A DNA stretch of 64,000 bases, from positions 7,984 to 71,983 of IMG/VR virus record IMGVR_UViG_3300043427_004450. One strand, 5' to 3'. Below are positions 43,637-53,463 of the stretch, piece by piece. The position numbers and the translations under genes are program-made. Origin of the DNA: a virus. The notes under the pieces are model-generated. The model saw only the letters and a list, made by a program, of their open reading frames with translations. It was not told the DNA's origin and did no database searches. Every line of letters begins with the position of its first letter. The stretch's first letter is position 1.

Positions 43637-45521
43637 GCCCCTTTTCATCGCAACAGAGGTGGGAGCAACCACTGTGGGGATTTGACTGCGATGTTCGGAA
43701 AGCAGTCATACTTTTTAACTTTAATTATACTCAGTTAAATTTCCGGCCCACTTGACGGTAGTTACTTCTTCTGGCTTAATTCCAAATCTTTCTTGGAGGG
43801 ATGCTTTTGCTTCATCCATTTTGCCATAGGTTTTACCATCCGTGAAGGATTCATCCTTATAGTACCCCTTTTCGTCACGCTCGGCCCACCAAATCTTCCA
43901 AGTCCAACTGACGCCCTCTTTTTGTTTTGGGTCAATGAAATAAGAAGCAACATAACCCACAAAGTCTCTTTGGGCAATATAGGTAACTGACTTATTTGGG
44001 GTGCCCACAATCCAGCCGACTAGACTGCCCATTGGCCCTTCTAGATCAAATCTTTCAAAGGCATACCGCTGATGCCAAGCATATTTTGTCATTTTGAACT
44101 CCTGTGACTATGATGACTTGTCAATACCAGCCCGATGAAATCAGTTTTTCTATGGCAGAATTAATAGTATTTGAGTAGCCAGCAGGGCCATACTGCGAAA
44201 GAGTTTGATACTGCCACTTAGAATCACCATCAGACAGCCTCCAGACATATCCTACAAACTTTTTGTCTTTTAGAATAATCCAGCCCTTATGAGAATAAAT
44301 TACACAAGAAATCTTCTTAACCCCTGTGACCATGATGACCTCTAATTATCTCTTGAAACTCTTTGTCATCTTCGGTTTGGAGCGAAAGAAGGGCATCGAG
44401 AAATGGCTTAAACCTTTCCTTGACAAAACCATCAGATTCAATAGCATAAAACTCTGTATCTCCATCCTTCTCAATCTCTACATAAAATTCAATGCCCATG
44501 ACAACATAAGATACCGAACGCTTCTTGCTCATTTATTCTCCAAGATAAAGTGGAAGGTCAAGAAATTCCTTGTTAATACCTACGCAGCGATATGGCCCAT
44601 AATAACCTTTTGAGCTAAAATTCGTTATAAATTCGGCGGTTGTTATAATTTTTGGAATGTGGTCATAATTACAAAATAAATAAAGATTGAGTGCAAATGC
44701 CCTATCAATATCTTCTTTGATAAGCTGGCGAAGGGTTGTAGTTTTCATTTTATTCTCCTATGTCCAATAATCAAAGCCGTCTGGAGCTTCAATGACCTGT
44801 GCCATATCCAGAGTCATGTTGTCGAAATCCCGCTCCTTAATTATACCCTCCGCTAATTCCTTGGCTTTCTCCTGAATCTCATCGAATGAATAAATTCCTT
44901 CTTCGTCTTTTTCCAGGGATTTGACTGGAACTGAGACTTGGACTTCGACAGTCTTTTCGCAGATCATAGAAACCTTGACTGTAACAAATTCTGTCTTGCT
45001 CATTTATTCTCCCATCCTGAGTTACATTCTTTGCAATTTTCATTGTACCATTGAATTCTAAGTGGACCAAGAGAGAAGCCACAGTGAGGTCCATCATACC
45101 AAAAGTGATGAAATCCCCAATCCCATTTACCGTGATACCACAAACCATTTACGAGAGTATGGCTATCATCCCATTCACCATCTGATTGTGCTTGATGAAT
45201 GAAGCCAATAAAATCTTTTTGAACTTGGAATGTCCAGCGGAAAGCGGTACATGGAAATCCCTGTCTTGTTTCAGGGGTTTCTTCAAATGGAATAATCATT
45301 CTGATGCCTCGCAAAAGCACACTTTGTTATTTTCAACGTAATACTGAATAGAGTGCTTTCCACCGCAAGTATTGGTGCAGTCAAAAGTGTCATGTTGATA
45401 TTCTGCCTTGGCTGCACTATATCCAAATGCAGCAAAAATACCAAGAATAAAAACAACAAAAAATATACCTAAAGTATTGTCACCATACATTAAATACCTC
45501 TCTTTTTACCTTGATAGATTA

Positions 45522-45902
45522 TTAAGCCCTAGCTCCCTCTGCCCAAGATAGCCATTCAATCTCGCAGTTAGCGTGATCTGCCGGATTCATTACTGCTCTA
45601 AAGCCCGAATCCTTTAAGGTACTTAGCATTTCCTCTCTTGCGCCAATCAAGCTAGTAGTAGAGGTAATAATGATCGGAACGCTATCATCAATATTTGGAT
45701 AAACATAGCTGGCAATATGTACCGCCCACTGCCTACCATTCTTCTTTGGCATATCGTGATCAAGTAGAATGGCATCTGGAGCAGGAAGAGACTTTACAAT
45801 CTCTTCGTCAAAAGTAATGATCCACCGATAATTCTTCTTATCAAGAAGTCTGGTGAATTCATCATAACGCGAAGGACAGTCATCAATAATTAGGAACAGC
45901 AT
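45522..45902 (-). CDS. Stand-alone receiver-like domain (cyclic-phosphate-processing type)
   Basis: LIIDD and ILLDHDM. Confidence 0.6.
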   Translation of the reverse strand: MLFLIIDDCPSRYDEFTRLLDKKNYRWIITFDEEIVKSLPAPDAILLDHDMPKKNGRQWAVHIASYVYPNIDDSVPIIITSTTSLIGAREEMLSTLKDSGFRAVMNPADHANCEIEWLSWAEGARA

Positions 45903-46814
45903 TTCTACCTCAAGTTAAAATAAATTATTCTGAAACTATTTTATTGCCCCACTCCAAAATTCCACTATCACTAAGTATTTTCTCAGCATGAATTTTGGCA
46001 GTACGCATAGCATCTTCTTTAATTTCTTTTTCCCAACTCTTCCATTCTTTATCAGTAAAAGACTGCCAGCAAGTTACCTCTGTCATTTTTACTGCTCGAT
46101 CAACAAAATTATTCCAATCCCACTCTGGACCTCTATTTTTTGGATTTGTCATTGACACAAATAGATCGTAGGGAACGGCATAACCAACTTGTTGGGCGCG
46201 AGGAAGAATCTTATTTAAATAAGTAGTAACATTTTTATCTGACATTTTATGCTCACTTTGAGTGAAAGTTAATTTGTCGAATTAAATCCTCTACTTCTTC
46301 GGGATTCGTTCTTATTTTACACCAAATCTGCCTTGATAAATCTTCTATATTTTCTAGCTTTTTTATAAGACGCTTTCTTTCCTCTTCCAAGAAAAAAATG
46401 CGAGCCTCTTGATCTACCACATTGAGATTAATGGCTAACTTATTTTCTATTGCATACTTAATATCATGCCCAGCTTGAAGCAGATACTGATCGTATTCTT
46501 CTTTGTTCATTTAAATGTAACCTCCGCATCAACCAATTCAACCTCTTCATTTTCAGGGAAAAAACAAAGAAGCCCCATGATCAAATGAACTGAGTTAAAC
46601 ATTGTACCTAAAACATCAGAATAATCGCCATTTGCTGGCTCAACCTTCATATATAGTGTATCATTCTTAAGAAATGCTGAGCCAACTCTAATGTCAGAAA
46701 ATCTGCGAAAGTCTGGAGCCTTTCTACTTATAACCTTCATTTTATCTCCAATTTTTGGCCCATCTTTTCTAGCCATTTTTGGTTCATTTTATAGGGCTGG
46801 AAACCCACGCTTTG

Positions 46815-46842
46815 AATATAAGCACGGCGCAATAGAAGTCAA
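46815..46842 (-). promoter_or_regulatory. Sigma70-type promoter TTGACT-N16-TATATT
   Basis: Direct reading. Confidence 0.75.
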
Positions 46843-47000
46843 CCGCATAAGTCATTGATTTTACTAGAAAAAATGATACCGTATTTGTTTTTGGCAGTAC
46901 CAAAAATAGCCTCCGTAATCTGCGCAACTTTGGTGGCAAAATCATGCTTGCAAACAGCAGCGGTTTTCTGCTACTTTTTAATCAGAAAAAGAGGTGATAA

Positions 47001-47546
47001 ATGGAAAAGTCAAAGCTCAAACATCTTTATATTTCTAAGAGGTTAACGCAAAGTCAGATTGCAGAAAGAATGGGCTGCTCAGAGAGCAAGGTTAAATATT
47101 ATCTTCAAAAATATGACTTAGTAAAAAAAGAGATCCTAACTTCAACAGATGAAACTCCAAAGATCTGCTCCAGCTGTAATGTGGAAAAACCTGGAACAGA
47201 ATTTTATATGAAGTCATGGAAGGGAAAGAAGGTTGTAGGATCAGTCTGCAAGATTTGCGCTAAGGGCAAAACAATGAGCAGGAAAAGATCTAATAAAGCA
47301 ACCTACGTTAAAATGAAGGGAGGCTGCTGTCAAGCCTGTGGTTTTGATAAGTATGATGGTGCTTTAGAATTTCACCATGTTGACCCAACCACAAAGGAAG
47401 ATAGAATTGGAAGAATGGCAAAAGGGCCTTCTTCCCCAGAGTTATTGGCAGAATTAGCAAAGTGTGTTTTGGTTTGCTCAAACTGCCATAAGATGATTCA
47501 TGCTGGAATTATAGAATGTCCACCACTAAATCAGGATAAAGTTTAA
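47001..47546 (+). CDS. HTH + HNH homing-type endonuclease
   Basis: HTH TQSQIAERMGCS; CQACG; LEFHHVDP; KCVLVCSNCHKMIH. Confidence 0.88.
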   Translation: MEKSKLKHLYISKRLTQSQIAERMGCSESKVKYYLQKYDLVKKEILTSTDETPKICSSCNVEKPGTEFYMKSWKGKKVVGSVCKICAKGKTMSRKRSNKATYVKMKGGCCQACGFDKYDGALEFHHVDPTTKEDRIGRMAKGPSSPELLAELAKCVLVCSNCHKMIHAGIIECPPLNQDKV

Positions 47547-47903
47547 TTAGCCAAGATTCCAAAGGCACCATTCAAAAAATACCTTATGATTCTCCATCTT
47601 CTGGAGAAACTTTTCTTTTGAAAGAATAATTGAGTCATCAGCATACTTTGTTACTAGAGTATTGTCACTTAAATTTAAAAAAGCATGAAAGCTTCCACGC
47701 TGTTTATGGCCATCAATAACAAAATAGAATCCAAATGTTGGTGAAGAATATACAGTATGATACCATTTTATGCCATGCTTTTCGTCAAGGGCTTTATATT
47801 TATTCTTATAACCCCTTCTAATTTTTAAACTACCATCTTTATTTAGAAAGTCTTTATCTACGACGGCTACGCCAAAATCTTGTGGTGTAAATTTTTTCTT
47901 CAT
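47547..47903 (-). CDS. Hypothetical protein, C-terminal FEWxLWN family
   Basis: Ends FFEWCLWNLG. Start moved to MKKKF, downstream of the terminator. Confidence 0.6.
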   Translation of the reverse strand: MKKKFTPQDFGVAVVDKDFLNKDGSLKIRRGYKNKYKALDEKHGIKWYHTVYSSPTFGFYFVIDGHKQRGSFHAFLNLSDNTLVTKYADDSIILSKEKFLQKMENHKVFFEWCLWNLG

Positions 47904-47913
47904 AGTTAAATCC

Positions 47914-47952
47914 AAAAAGAAAGCCGCCAGACTATTTACTAGTGCTGGCGGC
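47914..47952 (-). terminator. Intrinsic terminator after tRNA-Gly
   Basis: GCCGCCAG/CTGGCGGC stem followed by TTTCTTTTT. Confidence 0.8.
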
Positions 47953-47965
47953 AAGATTAAGAATT

Positions 47966-48036
47966 AGCAGGCAACCAGATTCGAACTGGTGATAAAAGGA
48001 TGGAAACCTTTTGTGTTACCGCTACACCATGCCTGC
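47966..48036 (-). tRNA. tRNA-Gly(TCC)
   Basis: Cloverleaf; AAAGG-TT TCC AT-CCTTT; GTTCGAATC; no encoded CCA. Confidence 0.92.
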
Positions 48037-48044
48037 GATGTTAA

Positions 48045-48341
48045 GCAGAGAGAGGTTGGCAAGGGTACTAAACCTTGCTCCTTACATAATCTTTGGATTA
48101 TTCGGTCAAGAGTCTCCGACGAACCGCGAATTCATCATCAATGACTCTGCTGGATTAACCAGCATAAGGTGTTCTTTCTAGTCCGTATAAGCACCTTAAT
48201 TATTTGGATAACGGAACGACACAGCCCTTCGTTATCCTCCTATACCTTATCCTCTAATTATCTCAGACGTATCCTGTGTCTGGCGACACTGCATGACTCC
48301 CCAAAAGATAAGGGATTTAACATGCTTCAACCTCTCCCTGC
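48045..48341 (-). ncRNA. Unassigned ~297-nt structured RNA
   Basis: A 14-bp stem joins the ends and encloses at least 7 hairpins; TATAAT just upstream; no credible ORF. Confidence 0.7.
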
Positions 48342-48688
48342 AATATTATAGTACCCATGATGATTAGATAAAAGCTAAAAAATTATTCTTCAATATTAAT
48401 CCACCTAGTACATTCTGGAGTCACGACAGATTCTGAACCATCATACTCATCAATCTTATAGAGTGGAGAATCAATGGTGGCAATACAAATATTAGAATAA
48501 TCACCAGATGCTTCCTCTACAAGTTCTTCTATCACTTGAATTAGAAGAGGATGGTGACGCGGCATATCCTCATATTCATAATGACGATCATACTTAACGC
48601 CAAGTTCCTTTAGTCGTTCAACTGCCTTATTTGAAAGGCTGAAGCCACCATAGCATCCGTTAAAAGCAACCTTGTAAGTTTTAGACAT

Positions 48689-49048
48689 TTAATCTCCCGT
48701 TGTATAGTCGTCTGCTGGAGTCCAGCCTGATTCACCAAGATCTAGCTCGTAAAAATTTGACTTGCAAACAATATCAGATACTCCTGCCTTAAATCTCTTG
48801 GAACCATTAAGTCCAATATTTTGATCTAGCGACTCTGTATCTGCAACATTTATGCAGGTTGTTTCTTTTGTCCTTTCATCAAACTTACAAAAAGTAATTC
48901 TTGAAGTTAGAAAATTACTTCCGCACATTACGTCTGATGCAATATAAAACTCACCCGATCCACCGCCCGTAGAAATTGAGTTTATACGAGAGGTTGGCCC
49001 ATGATATACCGACTTAACGGTACAGGCAAGGAGCATTATAAAAATCAT
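48689..49048 (-). CDS. Small putative lipoprotein
   Basis: MIFIMLLAC. Confidence 0.5.
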   Translation of the reverse strand: MIFIMLLACTVKSVYHGPTSRINSISTGGGSGEFYIASDVMCGSNFLTSRITFCKFDERTKETTCINVADTESLDQNIGLNGSKRFKAGVSDIVCKSNFYELDLGESGWTPADDYTTGD

Positions 49049-49066
49049 TTAATCTCCAAGTTAAAG

Positions 49067-49143
49067 TGGCGATCCCAGCTGGACTCTAACCAGCGACCTA
49101 TTTTTTAGGAAAAAATTGCTCTATACAGCTGAGCTATGGGATC
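49067..49143 (-). tRNA. tRNA-Arg(CCT)
   Basis: Cloverleaf with CCA; all-A/U anticodon stem; T-loop TTAGAGT. Confidence 0.85.
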
Positions 49144-50811
49144 TTATATCAATTCATTTTACCAATTCTATCACATTTTCTCAGCAGAAAAGACCTGCTG
49201 ATGAACTACCTCTGCTACTGAAATTGAAGGAATAACCCTCACAATCTCTAGTCCAAGGCAAAATTCAAGATCCGGCTTAAAATGTTTCTTGCAGTAATTG
49301 GTAAAGTTTGTTAAAGATCTCTTGCAACCCATTCTACTCCAATAAAGGTGAGGAAAAGCATCATCACCTAATGGCTTAAAACCAAACCTAGAAGGAACAT
49401 CCCAAGTAGACCAAGTATCTGTTGGGCGATGATAGATTGCAAAATATTCGTTCATACCTTACCTCTAGGCTACCTTTCTCTGAAGATCCGCAAGATTCTT
49501 ACATGATGTAATCTTAGCGATCCAGCTTGCAACCTCATTTGCCGTGACATAACCTTGGACGGTATCTCCACCAAAGTCTAGCCAAGTGCCAGCTTCATCC
49601 CAAATCCCAATCTCGGCATCCTCTGAGGAATGAATACCGTCTGTTTCTAGATTTGCCATAGCAATAGTGGGTCGCTCCATCTTATGCTCGCAGTAACTTC
49701 CTCCGCGAAACATAACGGAAATTGTTAGACCGTTATCAAATGTCATCTGAAAGCCACCAGAAACAATTGCAAACTTGCTAGTACCGTTTTCCATTTTATA
49801 CTCCTTAGATTAGTTTACTTCACATTCGTTGATTGTGTAATATTCGCCCCAATTATTTGTAAAGTAGCGAATAACGCTGGCTCCGACTTCTTCTTCCCAT
49901 TTGTGCTCTATATTTTCACCATCCTCATCTTCTTCTATCTCTGGAGGAAGATTCAGAATGTAATTTGCGGCATCCTCTTCTTTGGAGAAAACCTTGACGA
50001 CAATAGAGCCTTCTTGATAGTAACCATGAGAAACAACGTAGACTTTCATCGTTCTTTAACCAACAATTCTGCATCAACAATTTTAACACGACAATCTGGC
50101 ATAAATGCTACAAGCTCCCCTGTTGCAAGACTAACTGCGTTAAAGTAATTTTCATTGGCATCATAGATTTCCTCTACTTTCATAAAGTAATTGTGAAAAT
50201 AATTGTGTCCATCGCAAAAGGTAACACCAATACCAACATTATTCCAATCGGTTTTGTTTTTATCATTTTCAACAATAGTGACTTTCATTTAGTCTCCAAA
50301 AATTTCTTTAAGGTTGCCAATTGAGCAGTTCTTACCGTGACTCTGGTTTGCATTACCTCTACAACACGAATAGCGAGCATAGAATCTTCCATACCCTCCA
50401 TCCTTATTGCGTTCAACAAAGTCCGGCATGTCACTGACGAGATTCTTGATCTTCTTAAGTAGGACTAGAGCTTCTTCGTGACTAAGCTTTGAAATATCAA
50501 TCATTTTTCAGTCCATTCGCGAAGGTCAACGATATCCCACCAGTCATAGTTTCTTCCATCAATCTGATGAGATTTTCCAGTAATTTCCTCTTGACCTTTG
50601 CGTTTGCCGTGAGTAATTATTCTTTTATGCTCCACAAAAGTTACTTTTGTGGCTGCCTCTTCATAAGTTGAGAAGCAACCAATCCAATTTCCTGTGTATG
50701 CTTCGGGATAATAATTGTCACCAGCAATAAGTAAAAATCGTTTCATTCTGACACCTTCTTATTTGCCATATTATCCTTGGCTGAATTCGCGGTGTTCCTT
50801 CCCGCCTCTAG

Positions 50812-50839
50812 AATATAAGCACCCTACGGGTGGGGTCAA
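50812..50839 (-). promoter_or_regulatory. Sigma70-type promoter TTGACC-N16-TATATT
   Basis: Direct reading. Confidence 0.75.
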
Positions 50840-50951
50840 GGGTCAGAGAGAAAAATAAAAGAGGCAAAATAAAAGACCCTATCCACCCAATCAAAACCCT
50901 TTCTAAGATAAATGATTCTATTATTTTTTATCTCAATATCAGGAAGGCTTT

Positions 50952-51455
50952 ATGAACAAAAAGTTAGTTAAAGTTGCAAAACATCTAAATAATCTTGGCT
51001 TAACAGCTTACGCAAATGAAATAACCTCTCTTATAAAAAACGCCGGATATTCAGATCTTTCTTTTGCAATTCAGAATGATATTTCTGAAGAAGAAAGAAG
51101 GGTAAAGCTTGCAATACCAGGTATTATAGAGAAGCACATTAATTTATTTAAAGAAAAATTTGAACAAAAATTTTCAAGATGGAAAATGGAAATTAGCTTT
51201 AAATATGAAGAACCAGAGCGTTATGGCATTGGACGTGGAGTAACATATGATAATGGCTCTGTTTCTATTAGTGTTATTATAAATACCGAAATAACTGATG
51301 ATATTTATGCAACATTCCATGATGATCTTGAGTCTATGGAAGAATGGTGTAGATCTGAAGCTGGTATAAGGCTTGATTTTGGAATGAGCAGTTCAGTATA
51401 CTCTCTTGATACAGACAATCTTCCAATTGAAGGAGGAGCTGCTTTTACCCTTTAA
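50952..51455 (+). CDS. Leader-bearing hypothetical protein
   Basis: MNKKLVKVAKHLNNLGLTAYANEITSLIKNAG; CTATTATT upstream. Confidence 0.6.
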   Translation: MNKKLVKVAKHLNNLGLTAYANEITSLIKNAGYSDLSFAIQNDISEEERRVKLAIPGIIEKHINLFKEKFEQKFSRWKMEISFKYEEPERYGIGRGVTYDNGSVSISVIINTEITDDIYATFHDDLESMEEWCRSEAGIRLDFGMSSSVYSLDTDNLPIEGGAAFTL

Positions 51456-51457
51456 GG

Positions 51458-51479
51458 TGGATGGGGCGGAAGGACTCGA
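51458..51479 (-). pseudogene. Orphan tRNA 3' fragment (displaced tRNA-Gln end)
   Basis: TCGAGTCCTTCCGCCCCATCCA reads as T-loop, T-stem, acceptor strand and CCA, complementary to the 5' end of tRNA-Gln at 52283. Confidence 0.7.
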
Positions 51480-51485
51480 TAGAAT

Positions 51486-52196
51486 TTATTTTGTTTTTTT
51501 TGAATATTGCTTTGCCCAATATCCACGCGGTGGCTTTTCTATTTCATATGATTTTGTCCACTTTTCAACAGCCTTATCTGATACGCCATACTTTCTTGCA
51601 ATTTGCACAGTCGGAATCTCCCAAACTAGTATCTTTAGATCTTCTTTGCTTGGCCTCTGAACTATTCTTTTATCTGGGCGTTCTTTAGATTTTTTATTCT
51701 CAAAATTATTTTTATTTACTTTTTTCTTCATATTCTTGCCAGAATGTGTTGGCAAGGCAGCATTACACATTGGACAAACAATTCTTAAATTTTCCAACCT
51801 ATTATCGTTCCAAACTCCATTAATATGATCTAATATCAGGGATATTTTTTGACCAAGCCAATTTTCATCCTGTCCACAACCAGCCATTTCGCATATAGGC
51901 TTTTTTAAGCCTTCTTTGTAGAGCCTTCTTTTTAGATTTGTTCTGCTTGCTTTTGAGTTTTCTACCAAAAGAGCTTCTATTGGGGTTTTTTTAAATTTTG
52001 AGCTTTCCCAATTTCTCATGCCAATTTCTGATTGTGTTAAAAAATGAGAGGTACTTATATTCCACTCTTTGCAATTTAGCTTAAAGTTTTTATAAGCATC
52101 TGTAGTTCCCCTAATTCCTAGGGCAGTAAGAGCTTCTTTTATTGTTTTTGATGATGCAATAGCATCAGACAATTGATTTTTTGAATATTTAGACAT
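51486..52196 (-). CDS. HNH endonuclease with C-terminal HTH
   Basis: LDHING..NDNRLENLRIVCPMC; C-terminal RPSKEDL...IARKYGVSD...KPPRGYW. Confidence 0.9.
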   Translation of the reverse strand: MSKYSKNQLSDAIASSKTIKEALTALGIRGTTDAYKNFKLNCKEWNISTSHFLTQSEIGMRNWESSKFKKTPIEALLVENSKASRTNLKRRLYKEGLKKPICEMAGCGQDENWLGQKISLILDHINGVWNDNRLENLRIVCPMCNAALPTHSGKNMKKKVNKNNFENKKSKERPDKRIVQRPSKEDLKILVWEIPTVQIARKYGVSDKAVEKWTKSYEIEKPPRGYWAKQYSKKTK

Positions 52197-52209
52197 TTAT
52201 ATTATAAAG

Positions 52210-52283
52210 TGGAAGGGGTGAAAGGATTCAAACCTTTGATGGTAGGGCCAGAACCTACTGCCTTATCGCTTGGCTACACCCCA
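52210..52283 (-). tRNA. tRNA-Gln(CTG)
   Basis: GTAGG-TT CTG GC-CCTAC; CCA; U1:U72 mismatch; T-loop TTTGAAT. Confidence 0.85.
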
Positions 52284-52480
52284 ATAAAATTGTTGTATTT
52301 AATATTACCAATTTTATTAATTTTAAACAAATAATGATGGTAGAAAGTTTCAGGCCTGCATTGAGAATGGTATCGAGCTTTGCATAATTGATACATCAAA
52401 GCAGAGCTATTTTAAAGAAAGTACTTCACAAAAATACTTAGATATAATCTGCAATATTATTGATAGTAAGATTTCTGGAT

Positions 52481-52525
52481 AATAAAGAAACAACCCCAAG
52501 CTCAATAAGAGACTTGGGGTTGTTT
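52481..52525 (-). terminator. Intrinsic terminator after tRNA-Ser
   Basis: 13-bp inverted repeat aaacaaccccaag/cttggggttgttt with a T-rich tail. Confidence 0.8.
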
Positions 52526-52531
52526 GAGACA

Positions 52532-52617
52532 CAGCTAGGGTGAGATTCGAACTCACGGTGCTTTTTAGACACGACAGTTTTCAAGACTGCTTCCTTAAAC
52601 CGCTCGGACACCTAGCT
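52532..52617 (-). tRNA. tRNA-Ser(TGA)
   Basis: GCAGT-CT TGA AA-ACTGT; long variable arm; G discriminator. Confidence 0.9.
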
Positions 52618-52681
52618 ATTATGAACTATGCTTTAATATTACCAGAAAGTTATTTTGTAAATAGTTTTTTATAAAAATACT

Positions 52682-53338
52682 TTATTTACTCTCTGAATAT
52701 TTCTTTGCCCAATATCCACGAGGAGGCTTATCTATTCCATAGGATTTTGCCCATTTTGATATTGCAACATCAGAAACGCCATAAGTCTCTGCAAGCTTTT
52801 GTGTTGGTATCTCCCATAAGAGTTTTTTTAAATCTTCTTTTGAAGGTCTTTCTGCTTTTCTAGTTTTTAATCTAGATTCAATAACGCTCTGCGTTACTGT
52901 TGGAGTTACAGTTTTCCCAAAGTCTTTATATGTTTTTTTGTTTGCAACATCAGTAAATTCTGTAAAATCTTCCCACCAATAAAATGGTGTTGCAGAATTT
53001 CTTATCTCTGTTGCAATTGTTACTCCCTTAAATTTAATGGAGGGATAAACGACCTTATCAATATCTGGAAGATATATTCCATAGTAATCAAAATCACTAT
53101 CATTATAGCTTTTTCTATGGTTACCCCTTCTATCAGAATAGATAGTTGATTTTCTTGCTGTGCCATCTGTAGAATATTTGCATTGAATTCTTTTAAATTC
53201 ACCATCTTTAAATGCAACAATATCAAATGGAAGCGACTCGCATACAACCGGTGTTAATATAACATAACCTTTTTTAGATAGGTCTGCTATAACCTGGGTT
53301 GTTCCCATATCTCCTTTTAGTGTTTTTTCAGTTCTCAA
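52682..53338 (-). CDS. PD-(D/E)XK homing-type endonuclease (I-Ssp6803I-like) with C-terminal HTH
   Basis: KGDMG...PFDIV...RIQCK...FDYYGIY; C-terminal domain very similar to that of 51486..52196. Confidence 0.8.
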   Translation of the reverse strand: MRTEKTLKGDMGTTQVIADLSKKGYVILTPVVCESLPFDIVAFKDGEFKRIQCKYSTDGTARKSTIYSDRRGNHRKSYNDSDFDYYGIYLPDIDKVVYPSIKFKGVTIATEIRNSATPFYWWEDFTEFTDVANKKTYKDFGKTVTPTVTQSVIESRLKTRKAERPSKEDLKKLLWEIPTQKLAETYGVSDVAISKWAKSYGIDKPPRGYWAKKYSESK

Positions 53339-53425
53339 GTTTGACTCCTTATTATTTATACTATTTTATTAGTATTTTTACTTAAAAATAATATTTTTGA
53401 ATCAAACTTTTTTAAGATTAAAGTA

Positions 53426-53463
53426 AAATAGATTCTAATTAACGCAAAAGTTAGAATCTATTT
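53426..53463. terminator. Hairpin, probable terminator
   Basis: aaatagattctaa / ttagaatctattt. Confidence 0.6.

Noticed and set aside
43457-43672. 71-aa minus-strand ORF
   Set aside because: It runs through a terminator and GC-rich hairpins, which better explain the sequence.
48045-48341. tmRNA, RNase P RNA, SRP RNA or the plus-strand ORF 48169..48351
   Set aside because: No Ala-type acceptor with CCA, no GAGGAAAGUCC core and no SRP helix-8 motif. The ORF has no RBS and runs antisense through the hairpins.
52682-53338. Group I intron around the PD-(D/E)XK endonuclease
   Set aside because: The neighbouring tRNA-Ser is uninterrupted and the flanks are AT-rich with no recognisable intron core.
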